Shown here in pieces: positions 29,040-38,091 of a stretch of DNA of 64,000 bases. The translations under genes and the position numbers were made by a program. The notes beneath the pieces were generated by a model that saw only the letters and a program-made list of their open reading frames with translations, was not told the DNA's origin and searched no databases. This stretch comes from a virus. Its lineage: Duplodnaviria > Caudoviricetes. The stretch covers positions 32,001 to 96,000 of IMG/VR virus record IMGVR_UViG_3300033273_000833. The stretch is one strand, 5' to 3'. Numbering within the stretch: the first letter of the stretch is position 1; each line of letters begins with the position of its first letter.

Positions 29040-30171
29040 AACATTTCAGGAAGAATTTGAGCCAGACTCACACTCTTTTGTAAATGAATATTTTCAATTA
29101 TTTAAATCTAATTTTGAAAACAATAAGTTACCTAAAGAAATACGGTTCTTGGATGATCATGCTTATAGAATTTCTGCGCCAACCACTAATAAAACATACC
29201 TAACTGCTTTTTTTTCAAAGCCTGGAGAGCAATCTTATATTGGTAAATTTTCTCTAGCAGATGATGGAGCTGATATTAAAAAAGAATATAAAATTTTAAA
29301 GCATCTACAGAAAAAGAAGGTATGCCCAGAAGTATTATATTACGGAGAGCTTGACGATGAATTAGGTGTCAATTTTCTATTCACTACTGTAGAAGGGGTA
29401 GACAACAACCTAAATGGAACCAACCCTCAATTCTGGTGGGATAAAAATAAAGAAGTTTTAATCGATAAACTTTTATGTATTCACAAATATAGAAATGAAT
29501 TGTCTATTTCGTCTCACGATAATATTTTAATAAGTGAGTTTTTCGAAAACATTTTATTTGAAGAAGAGAATCTTTTTGAGTATATATTCCAATCTGATTC
29601 CGATCAATCATTATTTGACTTTATATCTAAATGTAAAGAAATTTCCTTAAAAATATGTTCTAAGCTTGATGCGAAAGATTTGGTATTGTGTCATAATAAT
29701 CTTTGCAAGTCTTCAGTTTTGTTTGAGCCAAATTCGGAAGAGAAATTTAAGTTTATTAATTTTCATAAAGCTATTATCGCTCCTCCAGCTATTGACCTAT
29801 TATCCATTTACCATAGATTATCTCTTGAAGAAGATGATGTATTTAGATCTTTTGATTTAACAAACTTTAGAGAACTTAAGTCTTTGTATGAAAGCCAAAG
29901 TGGTAAAGAAATTGATTTTTCTCAAGACATTAGGTTTTTGAACACTATTCAAAGGATGCTTTTGTTAGTGTACGAAAATAACTTTCCTCCAGTTACGCTT
30001 TTTCAATCTAATCCTTTGTTAAAATTTAGAACTCGCACAGCAGAATTAAAACACTTAAAAGAAAGGTTTCTTTCTATAATTAATCATAAAGACTTTAGTT
30101 ATTCAGATGACTTTTTTGAATACGATAACATGAATAAAATGCCTTTTAAAGAACTATTACTGTATGGATAA
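29014..30171 (+). CDS. APH/choline-kinase-fold protein with non-catalytic substitutions
   Basis: KKEYKILKHL..PEVL; LCHNNLCKSSV (canonical HxDLxxxN); FINFHKA (canonical IDF); AIDL. Confidence 0.6.
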   Translation: MEEESNYIKTFQEEFEPDSHSFVNEYFQLFKSNFENNKLPKEIRFLDDHAYRISAPTTNKTYLTAFFSKPGEQSYIGKFSLADDGADIKKEYKILKHLQKKKVCPEVLYYGELDDELGVNFLFTTVEGVDNNLNGTNPQFWWDKNKEVLIDKLLCIHKYRNELSISSHDNILISEFFENILFEEENLFEYIFQSDSDQSLFDFISKCKEISLKICSKLDAKDLVLCHNNLCKSSVLFEPNSEEKFKFINFHKAIIAPPAIDLLSIYHRLSLEEDDVFRSFDLTNFRELKSLYESQSGKEIDFSQDIRFLNTIQRMLLLVYENNFPPVTLFQSNPLLKFRTRTAELKHLKERFLSIINHKDFSYSDDFFEYDNMNKMPFKELLLYG

Positions 30172-30177
30172 TTTGTA

Positions 30178-30205
30178 TTGAATATTTTTATATTATATAT
30201 ATAAT
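30178..30205 (+). promoter_or_regulatory. Probable sigma70 promoter
   Basis: TTGAAT-N16-TATAAT-N5-ATG(30211). Confidence 0.5.
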
Positions 30206-30210
30206 AATTC

Positions 30211-30780
30211 ATGAGTATAGCTCTTTATAAACCAAATAGTAAAAATACTGGAACTGCAGTTAACCTCAGGGTAGGTTCAGGCAAATACAACATACCCGCT
30301 CTTTATATTGGAGCTATTCAGCAGTACAGTTGGGATGAATCAAGGAAGCTTGGATCCTTCAGTGAAAATGCAAAAAACCCAGATAAAACAATTAACATTA
30401 AATTAAATGAGTTTGAATGCGGTGAGATTTTAAACTCCATTAGAGACAGGGTAGAGTACTCAACTTTCCATAAATTCGATGACAACCAAACTGTAATTAA
30501 GTTTACTCCCTGGGATAAGCAAAGAAAAATTTCTAAATATAATCCTCAAACTAAAACTTTTGATGAAAAATCAGTCACCGTAAGCGCATTTGGTTTAACT
30601 ATCACCAGAAATGGAAACCAAAGCTTTAAAATATCAATAGAGCCAGGAGAAGTTAGGGTAATAGAAGAGTTCATTAAAAATTATCTCACTGATTTTTTTA
30701 AATCTAAATCAGAAAACTTAGAAAAAAATAAAGAAAACACTTCTACAACAGAAAGCCTATCAGAAGACCCTCCTTTTTGA
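30211..30780 (+). CDS. Putative ssDNA-binding protein (Whirly/PC4-like) with SSB-type acidic tip
   Basis: Beta-rich core with IKLNEFECGE; C-terminus TESLSEDPPF. Confidence 0.45.
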   Translation: MSIALYKPNSKNTGTAVNLRVGSGKYNIPALYIGAIQQYSWDESRKLGSFSENAKNPDKTINIKLNEFECGEILNSIRDRVEYSTFHKFDDNQTVIKFTPWDKQRKISKYNPQTKTFDEKSVTVSAFGLTITRNGNQSFKISIEPGEVRVIEEFIKNYLTDFFKSKSENLEKNKENTSTTESLSEDPPF

Positions 30781-32690
30781 TGAAAAAAGTTTTAATCCAC
30801 AGCAATCATTCGAAAGCCTTTACGGGTTTCGGAAAACACACAAAAAACCTTCTTATCTACCTACAAAAAACAGGTAAGTATGAAATTGTGGAGTTTGCTA
30901 ACGGAAGAAAGTGGTCAGATCCATCTCTTTTAAAAATGCCCTGGAAGACATATGGCTCAGCTCCAGATAGCCAGGTTGTAACGGAAAGGGCTGCTCGAGA
31001 CCCAAAACTAAAAAGACACCTAGGTTATGGAGGGATAATGATCGATGAGGTCATAGAAAAAGAAAAGCCTGATGTTTACATTGGAATAGAAGACATCTGG
31101 GCATTTAGCGGTTACTGGGAAAAGCCTTGGTGGAATAAAATAAATCATGCAGTATGGACAACTCTAGACAGTTTACCAATTCTGCCTGAAGCAGTAAATG
31201 CAGCGCCCAGGATTAAAAATTATTTCGTGTGGGCATCTTTCGCTGAAAAAGCAATGCATAAACTTGGTCACGATCACGTTAAAATGATTAGAGGATCTTT
31301 AGATACAGATCATTTTTTCAAGCTACCCAATCAATCACGAATTCAACTTAGGTCATCTTTTAATATTAAAGAGCAAGACTTTATTATCGGATTTGTTTTT
31401 AGAAACCAATTAAGAAAAAGCGTCCCAAATCTGCTCGATGGCTTTAAAATATTTAGAGAAAAAAATCCAACTTCTAACGCAAAATTACTTTTGCATACTA
31501 ATTGGTCGGAGGGTTGGGATATTCCAAGGTTATTAAAAGAAAAAGAAATTGACTCATCACTCATTCTCACCACATACTATTGCCCGAAATGTAAAAATTA
31601 TGAAGTCAAACCTTTTGTTGGTCAACAGCAAAATTGTAAATTCTGTGGCTCAGAAAAAACTCAAAACACTACAGGAGTTAACAGCGGGGTATCAGAAGAT
31701 CAGCTAAACGAAGTATATAATTTAATGGACGTCTATTGCCATCCTTTTACATCAGGAGGCCAAGAAATACCAATACAAGAAGCCAAACTAACAGAGCTAG
31801 TGACTCTAGTAACTAATTATAGCTGCGGAGAAGATTGTTGCACAGATGAAAGCGGAGGCTTACCGCTCAACTGGAAAGAATACAGAGAACCTGGCACACA
31901 ATTTATTAAAGCTACCACAGATCCATTTAGCATATATAAACAATTAAATAAAGTTTTTAATATGAACAAAAAAGACTTAGAAAAAAGGGGTCAACTCGCA
32001 AGAGATTTTGTTCTAAAAAATTATTCTATAGAAGTTATAGGTAGTCAAGTCGAAGAATTTATTGATTCTTGTGAGGTTGTAAATTATGATTTTGATATCA
32101 AGCCTCACTCAAAAAGGAGGAACAATACTTATCCTTTTCAAAATATTGAAGATGGCCTAGAGTGGGTTAAAGATTTATATAAAAATGTTCTTATTAGAGA
32201 TGTAGAGGATAACGATGAAGGCGTTAAGCATTGGATGCAAAAATTAAAAGAAGGGGCTACCAGAGAAGGTATTTATAATTATTTTATTTCGGTTGCCAAC
32301 AAAGAAAACCAAGAGATTGTAGACTCTCTAGACACTATCTTAAGTGAAGATAAAGAAAAGAAAATAGCTATTGTAATTAATGAAAATGCCACTGAAACAT
32401 TCCTATGTACATCTTTATTGCCGTCAATCAAAAGATTATATCCTGAGCATAATATTTATTTCTTCGCACCAAAACATAATCTAGATATTTTAAAAGGGAA
32501 TGAGTATATATATAAATCACTCCCTGTTTCAGAAGATATTTTTGACTGCATATCTATGGAAAAAGAAAAAGGGGACAATAAATTTTTTGACATCATCTAC
32601 TACCCTTCTGACGCCTCTTCTGGAGCCTTTAGATACTGCCACCAAGGTAGAGACAAAATAGAATACGAAACAAAATATGCACATACTTGA
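30777..32690 (+). CDS. GT-B (GT4-like) glycosyltransferase with Zn ribbon and DUF4214-like domain
   Basis: TGFG, FVFRNQLRK, YNLMDVYCHP..GG.EIP.QEA; CPKC..CKFC; LYKNVLIRD..EG..HW..L..G.TR. Confidence 0.75.
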   Translation: MMKKVLIHSNHSKAFTGFGKHTKNLLIYLQKTGKYEIVEFANGRKWSDPSLLKMPWKTYGSAPDSQVVTERAARDPKLKRHLGYGGIMIDEVIEKEKPDVYIGIEDIWAFSGYWEKPWWNKINHAVWTTLDSLPILPEAVNAAPRIKNYFVWASFAEKAMHKLGHDHVKMIRGSLDTDHFFKLPNQSRIQLRSSFNIKEQDFIIGFVFRNQLRKSVPNLLDGFKIFREKNPTSNAKLLLHTNWSEGWDIPRLLKEKEIDSSLILTTYYCPKCKNYEVKPFVGQQQNCKFCGSEKTQNTTGVNSGVSEDQLNEVYNLMDVYCHPFTSGGQEIPIQEAKLTELVTLVTNYSCGEDCCTDESGGLPLNWKEYREPGTQFIKATTDPFSIYKQLNKVFNMNKKDLEKRGQLARDFVLKNYSIEVIGSQVEEFIDSCEVVNYDFDIKPHSKRRNNTYPFQNIEDGLEWVKDLYKNVLIRDVEDNDEGVKHWMQKLKEGATREGIYNYFISVANKENQEIVDSLDTILSEDKEKKIAIVINENATETFLCTSLLPSIKRLYPEHNIYFFAPKHNLDILKGNEYIYKSLPVSEDIFDCISMEKEKGDNKFFDIIYYPSDASSGAFRYCHQGRDKIEYETKYAHT

Positions 32691-33840
32691 ACATTTTTCT
32701 TTAAATTGCGGAATTAAATCATCAAAAGCCTTCATTCAAGAAGACTATATCCCCGTTCCTTTTGATCAATTTATATGCATCAATAATGACTCATCCATAG
32801 ATTCGTTTACATACTCATATTGGTCAGATGTTTTTGACATAATCAAACCTTATCTAGAAAAGTCAAATATTAAAATCTTACAGATTGGTGGACCGAAAGA
32901 TCAACTTCTGCCAAGCTGCGAAGATTACAGGCATATCCAAACTCGACACCAAGGAGCCTACATAATCAATAAAGCACAACTCTTTATTGGTTCAGATATT
33001 TTTTACTCAAACATCGCCTCCCATTTTGGAACCCCAGGCGTTCTCCTATACGGGCCGATACCACCATCTTGCACCAAACCATATTGGAATGAAGATAATT
33101 TTGAAATTTTATGCGAAAACGATAAGTTCTCCTACTCATCTAAAGAACTTCATAAGACAATTGATAAAATAAAACCTGAATCAATAGCAAATGCTATTCT
33201 TAAAAAATTAAAAATACCTTTTGAAAGCGATCAAAAGACAGAGTTTATAGGTCAGCTTTATGACAATAAAATATTCGAAGTCATTCCTAATTTTTCTCCC
33301 AATCCAGATTTCTTAAAAGGCTCATTTGTGACAATGAGAGCTGACTATCAAGAATCTGATGAATTCATAGGTGAGTGGTCGATTGGTCGAAAAATAAATC
33401 TCATAACTAATCGAAAAATTAATCTTGGATTAATACAAGCTATAAAAAACTCTCTACAAGTTATACATTTTGAAGTTTCTAATGACTGCAGTGAAGATGT
33501 TGTAAAAGAAAATATACAGTACTTTAAAGCAATTAAAAAACTTGGTTTAAATATCAGTCTTTTTAGAAAAGATGAAGACAATATTGCTGATCTTCGCTTA
33601 ACTTATTTTGATTGGAATGTAGAAGTTTTATCCCAGAATAAGCCTTCAGAAAATATAACTAAAAATAAAGATTTGTATTTTTATTCTGGCAAGCTGGTCT
33701 TTTCTGATGGCAAAAAATATCCCTCAATAGAGCATGCTATAAACGATCTTGACAGCGACACAGGAATAAATCGGATTGTAGATACAGATTTATTTTGGTT
33801 AGAATCAGATCATTATAGAATAATATCAAAAAAGAGTTGA
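32677..33840 (+). CDS. GT9-like glycosyltransferase-fold protein
   Basis: YSYWSDV, ILQIGG, AYII..AQLFIGSD..SNIA..G.PGVLLYGP. Confidence 0.6.
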   Translation: MHILEHFSLNCGIKSSKAFIQEDYIPVPFDQFICINNDSSIDSFTYSYWSDVFDIIKPYLEKSNIKILQIGGPKDQLLPSCEDYRHIQTRHQGAYIINKAQLFIGSDIFYSNIASHFGTPGVLLYGPIPPSCTKPYWNEDNFEILCENDKFSYSSKELHKTIDKIKPESIANAILKKLKIPFESDQKTEFIGQLYDNKIFEVIPNFSPNPDFLKGSFVTMRADYQESDEFIGEWSIGRKINLITNRKINLGLIQAIKNSLQVIHFEVSNDCSEDVVKENIQYFKAIKKLGLNISLFRKDEDNIADLRLTYFDWNVEVLSQNKPSENITKNKDLYFYSGKLVFSDGKKYPSIEHAINDLDSDTGINRIVDTDLFWLESDHYRIISKKS

Positions 33841-33865
33841 CTTAGGTTGTTTTATATGCTATCAT
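33837..33865 (+). promoter_or_regulatory. sigma70 promoter with extended -10
   Basis: TTGACT-N17-TATCAT with TGn, then N8-ATG(33874). Confidence 0.8.
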
Positions 33866-33873
33866 TATAAACA

Positions 33874-34662
33874 ATGAAAAAATCAACTAAGCAAACAAAA
33901 ATAGACAACAGCCCTGGACCAAACCTTTATAGTAGAGACGAAAACGGACTACTAAAAAACCATCAGTATGAGTTCAATGAAGATGGATCAATTAACTGGA
34001 GGGCAATGATTAAAGATGAGCACCTATTCCCAAATCGATCTTGGTTTCAAACAAGAGGCAAAGATTACCCCAAGACCATCGAAGGCTTGGCGGACCATCA
34101 GTTATTAATTAAATTAAGCGGAATTAAAGAGCTGGCTAAACTACGAGGATTTTCTTCGGTTCATTATAAGACAGTCAAATGCGAAGAAAACCATGTGGCT
34201 GTTTCTTGTTCTATTACCTTTTTAGCTAACTACGAAACAAATAACGAACCCATCGTTTTTGAAGATATGGCCAATGCCACACTTAATAACACAAGCAGTT
34301 TTGCCACAAAGTTTCTTGAAACGATTGCATGCAACAGAGCCTTCGTCAGATGCGTTAGAAATTTTCTAAATGTTCATATTGTTGGAGATGACGAAATTGA
34401 TAAGTCCAATAACACCCAACAAAGTTTAACGCAAAGAGAATCAGAAGTTCAATCTAATTCTGACATCTCTCCCTCAGGAATATTAGCGAGCTTAGCTAAA
34501 GATAAATTCGGCATTAATAGCTACTCAGAATTTAAAAATAAACTGAGAGAGTTGTGGCAGAATGATTTATACAAGAACCCTGATACTAAAAATTGGTCAG
34601 ACTTCGCAGATATACCCCCGAAAGAAGCCAGAGCTTTACTTAAAGCACTTCATTCTTCTTAA
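33874..34662 (+). CDS. Putative Rad52/Redbeta-superfamily single-strand annealing protein
   Basis: LLIKLSGIKELAKLRG and ETIACNRAFVRCVRNFLN..GDDE, motifs I associate with SSAP-like proteins. Confidence 0.4.
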   Translation: MKKSTKQTKIDNSPGPNLYSRDENGLLKNHQYEFNEDGSINWRAMIKDEHLFPNRSWFQTRGKDYPKTIEGLADHQLLIKLSGIKELAKLRGFSSVHYKTVKCEENHVAVSCSITFLANYETNNEPIVFEDMANATLNNTSSFATKFLETIACNRAFVRCVRNFLNVHIVGDDEIDKSNNTQQSLTQRESEVQSNSDISPSGILASLAKDKFGINSYSEFKNKLRELWQNDLYKNPDTKNWSDFADIPPKEARALLKALHSS

Positions 34663-34666
34663 TTAA

Positions 34667-34672
34667 GTGTAA
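34667..34672 (+). promoter_or_regulatory. GTGTAA motif upstream of the tmRNA
   Basis: 26 nt upstream of the mature 5' end. Confidence 0.5.
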
Positions 34673-34698
34673 TTTATAGAGTTCTTTGATAAATTTAT

Positions 34699-35062
34699 GG
34701 GCGTGTACTGGATTCGATTTAAATTGGATTAGTATACTGCAAGTAGGAGTTGCATCTGGCTCCTCAAAAAGGTGCAAACAATTACATGGCAACAAAAACC
34801 GTGTTAAAGCTTTCGGCCTTAAAGCTAAAAAGCTTGCCCTAGCAGCTTAGTTCTGCTACCTCGTAACCTTTGACGCAGATAAAAGGATTACGGGGCCATT
34901 AATCTGCAAAACAGAAAAAGTTTTCTTGCTTCACAAACTGCAAATAATTGAAACAAGAAGTTGGATGTTAATATCATAACTGTAAAAAAAATTAACTAAA
35001 CTTGTAGGCGTATATCTACAGAAAATTTAAAGACGCGGGTTCGACTCCCGCCACGTCCACCA
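34699..35062 (+). ncRNA. ssrA: tmRNA (one-piece, 364 nt)
   Basis: Acceptor stem GGGCGTG/CACGTCC with G3:U and encoded ACCA; TGGATTCGA D-loop motif; T-arm GCGGG-TTCGACT-CCCGC; pk1 AGGAG/CTCCT and TTGCATCT/AGGTGCAA; tag ORF 34788-34850 GNKNRVKAFGLKAKKLALAA*. Confidence 0.97.
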
Positions 35063-35099
35063 AATTTATTCGCCAATCCACACTTAAACCAATTTATAT

Positions 35100-35687
35100 A
35101 TGCTTGTCAAAAAAATATTCTTAATCACCTTTCCAAATTCGTCTCGATCAAAATATTATACAGAATCAAATTCTCATTCCAAAAAGCATTTGACTTTTTT
35201 TAATGCCATTGATACCAGAGAAGACCCTCTAGGCTTTTGCTCAAAATATGGCATCAAGATCAACATAATGGAAAAATGGAAAAAATATTTTTTGTCAAAT
35301 AGTGGTTCATTTGGCTGCACAATTTCGCATGTAGAGCTTTGGAAAAAAATATCATCAATGAAAAAAGGAGATTTTGTCTGCGTTTGTGAAGACGACATAT
35401 CAGTAGATTCTCTAGAAAAATTAATTAACACAGACCTCAGGAGTATAGACTCAGATATAACTTCGGGTAAAATAATCAACATAGCAGGGTGGGCATTTGA
35501 TCTTTGTTCTGCGGGTTATTTGATTGATTCTGCTGGGGCTAAATATTTATTAAAAGAATTTAACCAAACCATTATAGCCCCTCAGGACAAATTTATGTTT
35601 CAAGTTTGCTTCAAAAAAAATCCAGAACTATTTAAATGGAATCCTGTTTTAAAATTTGCAGAACATTTTAAGAATACAACCTTGTAA
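35100..35687 (+). CDS. GT25 family glycosyltransferase
   Basis: FFNAID, FGCTISH..LW, VCEDD, AGYLI..GA..LL, DKFM. Confidence 0.85.
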   Translation: MLVKKIFLITFPNSSRSKYYTESNSHSKKHLTFFNAIDTREDPLGFCSKYGIKINIMEKWKKYFLSNSGSFGCTISHVELWKKISSMKKGDFVCVCEDDISVDSLEKLINTDLRSIDSDITSGKIINIAGWAFDLCSAGYLIDSAGAKYLLKEFNQTIIAPQDKFMFQVCFKKNPELFKWNPVLKFAEHFKNTTL

Positions 35688-35699
35688 ATATTTTTATTT

Positions 35700-36137
35700 A
35701 TGACTGATATTAACCCATATTACATTGCTTACATGCAAGGTGGTGATTACATTATAAATGCAAAAATAGATGATCTTCCTGTACATGTAGAAAATAATAT
35801 ACAACAACCAGGCCAATATTTTATTAAAATTTGGATACAATATAAAAGTACAGAATGGGAAGTAGACTATAATAAGGGATGGGTAGGATGCTTAAACAGC
35901 GACGAATCACACCTAATCAATAAAACTTTTAAAAACGGCGACAACGGCCCAATTAAAATTGCAAAAATTGAACTTGATGATGTTATATTCATAGTTGATT
36001 TTCCTGACCGAGGTTTCAACTTAAAATTTAAAGAAAACTTTTTTAAAAATAATCCAAATATCAGTAAATATTTAGGCGGAATTATATCTAAAGATCAGTT
36101 ACGATATTTAGATGATTATAAACAAATTTTAATTTAA
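35700..36137 (+). CDS. Hypothetical protein
   Basis: 145-aa ORF with no recognised motif. Confidence 0.6.
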   Translation: MTDINPYYIAYMQGGDYIINAKIDDLPVHVENNIQQPGQYFIKIWIQYKSTEWEVDYNKGWVGCLNSDESHLINKTFKNGDNGPIKIAKIELDDVIFIVDFPDRGFNLKFKENFFKNNPNISKYLGGIISKDQLRYLDDYKQILI

Positions 36138-36141
36138 TTAT

Positions 36142-36216
36142 TTATAAAAATATACTTAGTGCTCCAGCTAATAAAATTAAAAATATTATTTGACTAATTT
36201 CAACGTTGTGTATCAT
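36142..36216 (-). CDS. Possible 24-aa membrane micropeptide (not in the ORF track)
   Basis: MIHNVEISQIIFLILLAGALSIFL*, ATGA-coupled to a 15-codon ORF at 36213..36260. Confidence 0.3.
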   Translation of the reverse strand: MIHNVEISQIIFLILLAGALSIFL

Positions 36217-36269
36217 GCTTGTTTTGTTTGTGCGTGGAAGTTGTTTTTGAAGAATTCCATAATGACTTA

Positions 36270-38075
36270 TTAGAAATACTTTAACCATGTTTCACAAATT
36301 TTTAAATCTAGCTCTGTGATGATTTGTTTGTTAAATAGTTTTTGGTAAATGTTTCGCATTAGTTCTTTGTTGAAGTTTTTATCTATTGACTTTTGTCGAG
36401 GTAAAACATCTTCGCCCAACACATCTACAATAGTTTCGTTAGCCAAATACATGGGAACTTCCGACTCGAAGTCTTGCATCAAATCGTGTTCATTCCTTAG
36501 CTGTGTTACATTAGGTGAGGTGTAAGCCATGTTTTTATTGTTGTACTTCAAGAGGGTATTTGCTACGATTCCTTTTAATATATCACAATAACGAAAAGTT
36601 ACAGAACAAGGTATAAGTAAACCTAGAAAGAGGTTTGGATCTAACCAAAAAGTATTTTGAGTATTAAACGGACAGGTATTCTCATTGGATATAATTATTT
36701 TTTTGCCTTTTTCCCATACAACTGCATGATTGCAAACTAAACGAAAAATAGCATCAACATCTGGATCGTTTTCAACGAGACCATTAATTATGGCAACATC
36801 TTCTTTGTTTTTTGAATTGTCAAATTTAAAGTCTGGATGCGGGTTTTGTTTTATATTGGATAACGGGTAACCTCTTGGCCAAATCCAACTGTTATTGGTG
36901 AAGTATTTAAAAATATTGATCCACGAACTATTATTTTCTTTGATAGTTTGTACATTTTTATCGAGTTCAAGAACTGAGTCAAAGTTGTCGTGCGGTATGT
37001 TGTCATCATCAGTCTCGTATATAACCTCGTAACCTTTTTTAATAGCGTAAAGATAACCTAAGTTTTTACGACCATAATGGTTGTAGGGTATCAAATCACA
37101 CAATTCAGGAAACAATTTTTTTTGATTTTCAACATCCAAAAATATACAATCTTCATTTTTATATGTGCCTGGAGTTTTTAGATCACCCACGATGATTACA
37201 TCATATTCTGAATTGCTTATGTGTTTACGAATAGTTTCCGTAGGTTCATTAATGGTGGTTATTATGACGCATTTTTTCTTTTGAAAAATATCATTTAGTA
37301 AATCGAGTAGTTTTGGGTTTTCACCAAATTTAATTGGATGTAAAAATAAATCAAATTTTTTATTAAATCTGTTCTTTATATACGGTGGTTTAGAGGTGAG
37401 ATTTCTGGAACTCCACAGGACAGTTCCACTTATGTTATTATAGTTCTGTCGTTCAGGTTCAATATTCCTAATAATTGTTGGTATTGCTATTTCTAAAAAA
37501 ACACCATAATTTGCGAATAGTTGAAATAAATCAAAAATTTTGCTCGAAAGATATTTTTTTGGTAAATAAAAATAATCAGCAAATTCTTTACAATATTTAT
37601 TAATACCAAAGTCATGATATTCCGCATTTTTTTCTAGTTTAGATATTGCTTTTATGCCGTAAGGGCCGTGCCACCAGCCCCCTTTAAGTGCATCTAGTGC
37701 ATCTAGTGGTTTTATATTAAAACCGTGACCTGTAGCAGAGCAGGCCTCTGTATTGTAAATAATTTTTCCTGTGTCATATAAATTCAATATATTTGTGTTG
37801 ATTATGTTATCATCCATTGTATAGAATAGACCATCGCATTCGTTTATATCGTTCTTGTAATTATCGTACAAATGCTTAAAAATTTTATGAGCAAGGTATC
37901 CACGCTCTATATCAATATAGTTAACATCGTTGTGCAATTTTTCATCGGTATCTTTGGGTGTATCAGAGTATACAATAATTTTTTTAAAATGGCTTTTATA
38001 CAAATCGCAAATTTTTTGCCTGCTGTCTAAGCATTTGCTATAGTTGAATACTAATAGTAATATTGAATTTGTCAT
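36270..38075 (-). CDS. STELLO/DUF288-like two-domain glycosyltransferase
   Basis: IVVGDLKTP, RKNLGYLYAI, IYETDDDN, NDPDVDAIFRL, PFNTQNT, FRYCDI; N-terminal second GT-like domain with YTMDD. Confidence 0.8.
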   Translation of the reverse strand: MTNSILLLVFNYSKCLDSRQKICDLYKSHFKKIIVYSDTPKDTDEKLHNDVNYIDIERGYLAHKIFKHLYDNYKNDINECDGLFYTMDDNIINTNILNLYDTGKIIYNTEACSATGHGFNIKPLDALDALKGGWWHGPYGIKAISKLEKNAEYHDFGINKYCKEFADYFYLPKKYLSSKIFDLFQLFANYGVFLEIAIPTIIRNIEPERQNYNNISGTVLWSSRNLTSKPPYIKNRFNKKFDLFLHPIKFGENPKLLDLLNDIFQKKKCVIITTINEPTETIRKHISNSEYDVIIVGDLKTPGTYKNEDCIFLDVENQKKLFPELCDLIPYNHYGRKNLGYLYAIKKGYEVIYETDDDNIPHDNFDSVLELDKNVQTIKENNSSWINIFKYFTNNSWIWPRGYPLSNIKQNPHPDFKFDNSKNKEDVAIINGLVENDPDVDAIFRLVCNHAVVWEKGKKIIISNENTCPFNTQNTFWLDPNLFLGLLIPCSVTFRYCDILKGIVANTLLKYNNKNMAYTSPNVTQLRNEHDLMQDFESEVPMYLANETIVDVLGEDVLPRQKSIDKNFNKELMRNIYQKLFNKQIITELDLKICETWLKYF

Positions 38076-38091
38076 TTTTTAAATTTCTTCT

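Noticed and set aside
34786-34842. Alternative tmRNA-internal ORF MATKTVLKLSALKLKSLP*
   Set aside because: The frame ending LALAA* matches ssrA tags and the pk1 spacing.
36190-36216. TTGACT..TATCAT on + in the convergent gap
   Set aside because: The spacer is only 15 nt and it leads to an 11-codon ORF.
37688-37708. 9-bp tandem duplication GTGCATCTA x2
   Set aside because: An in-frame DAL duplication with no sign of function.
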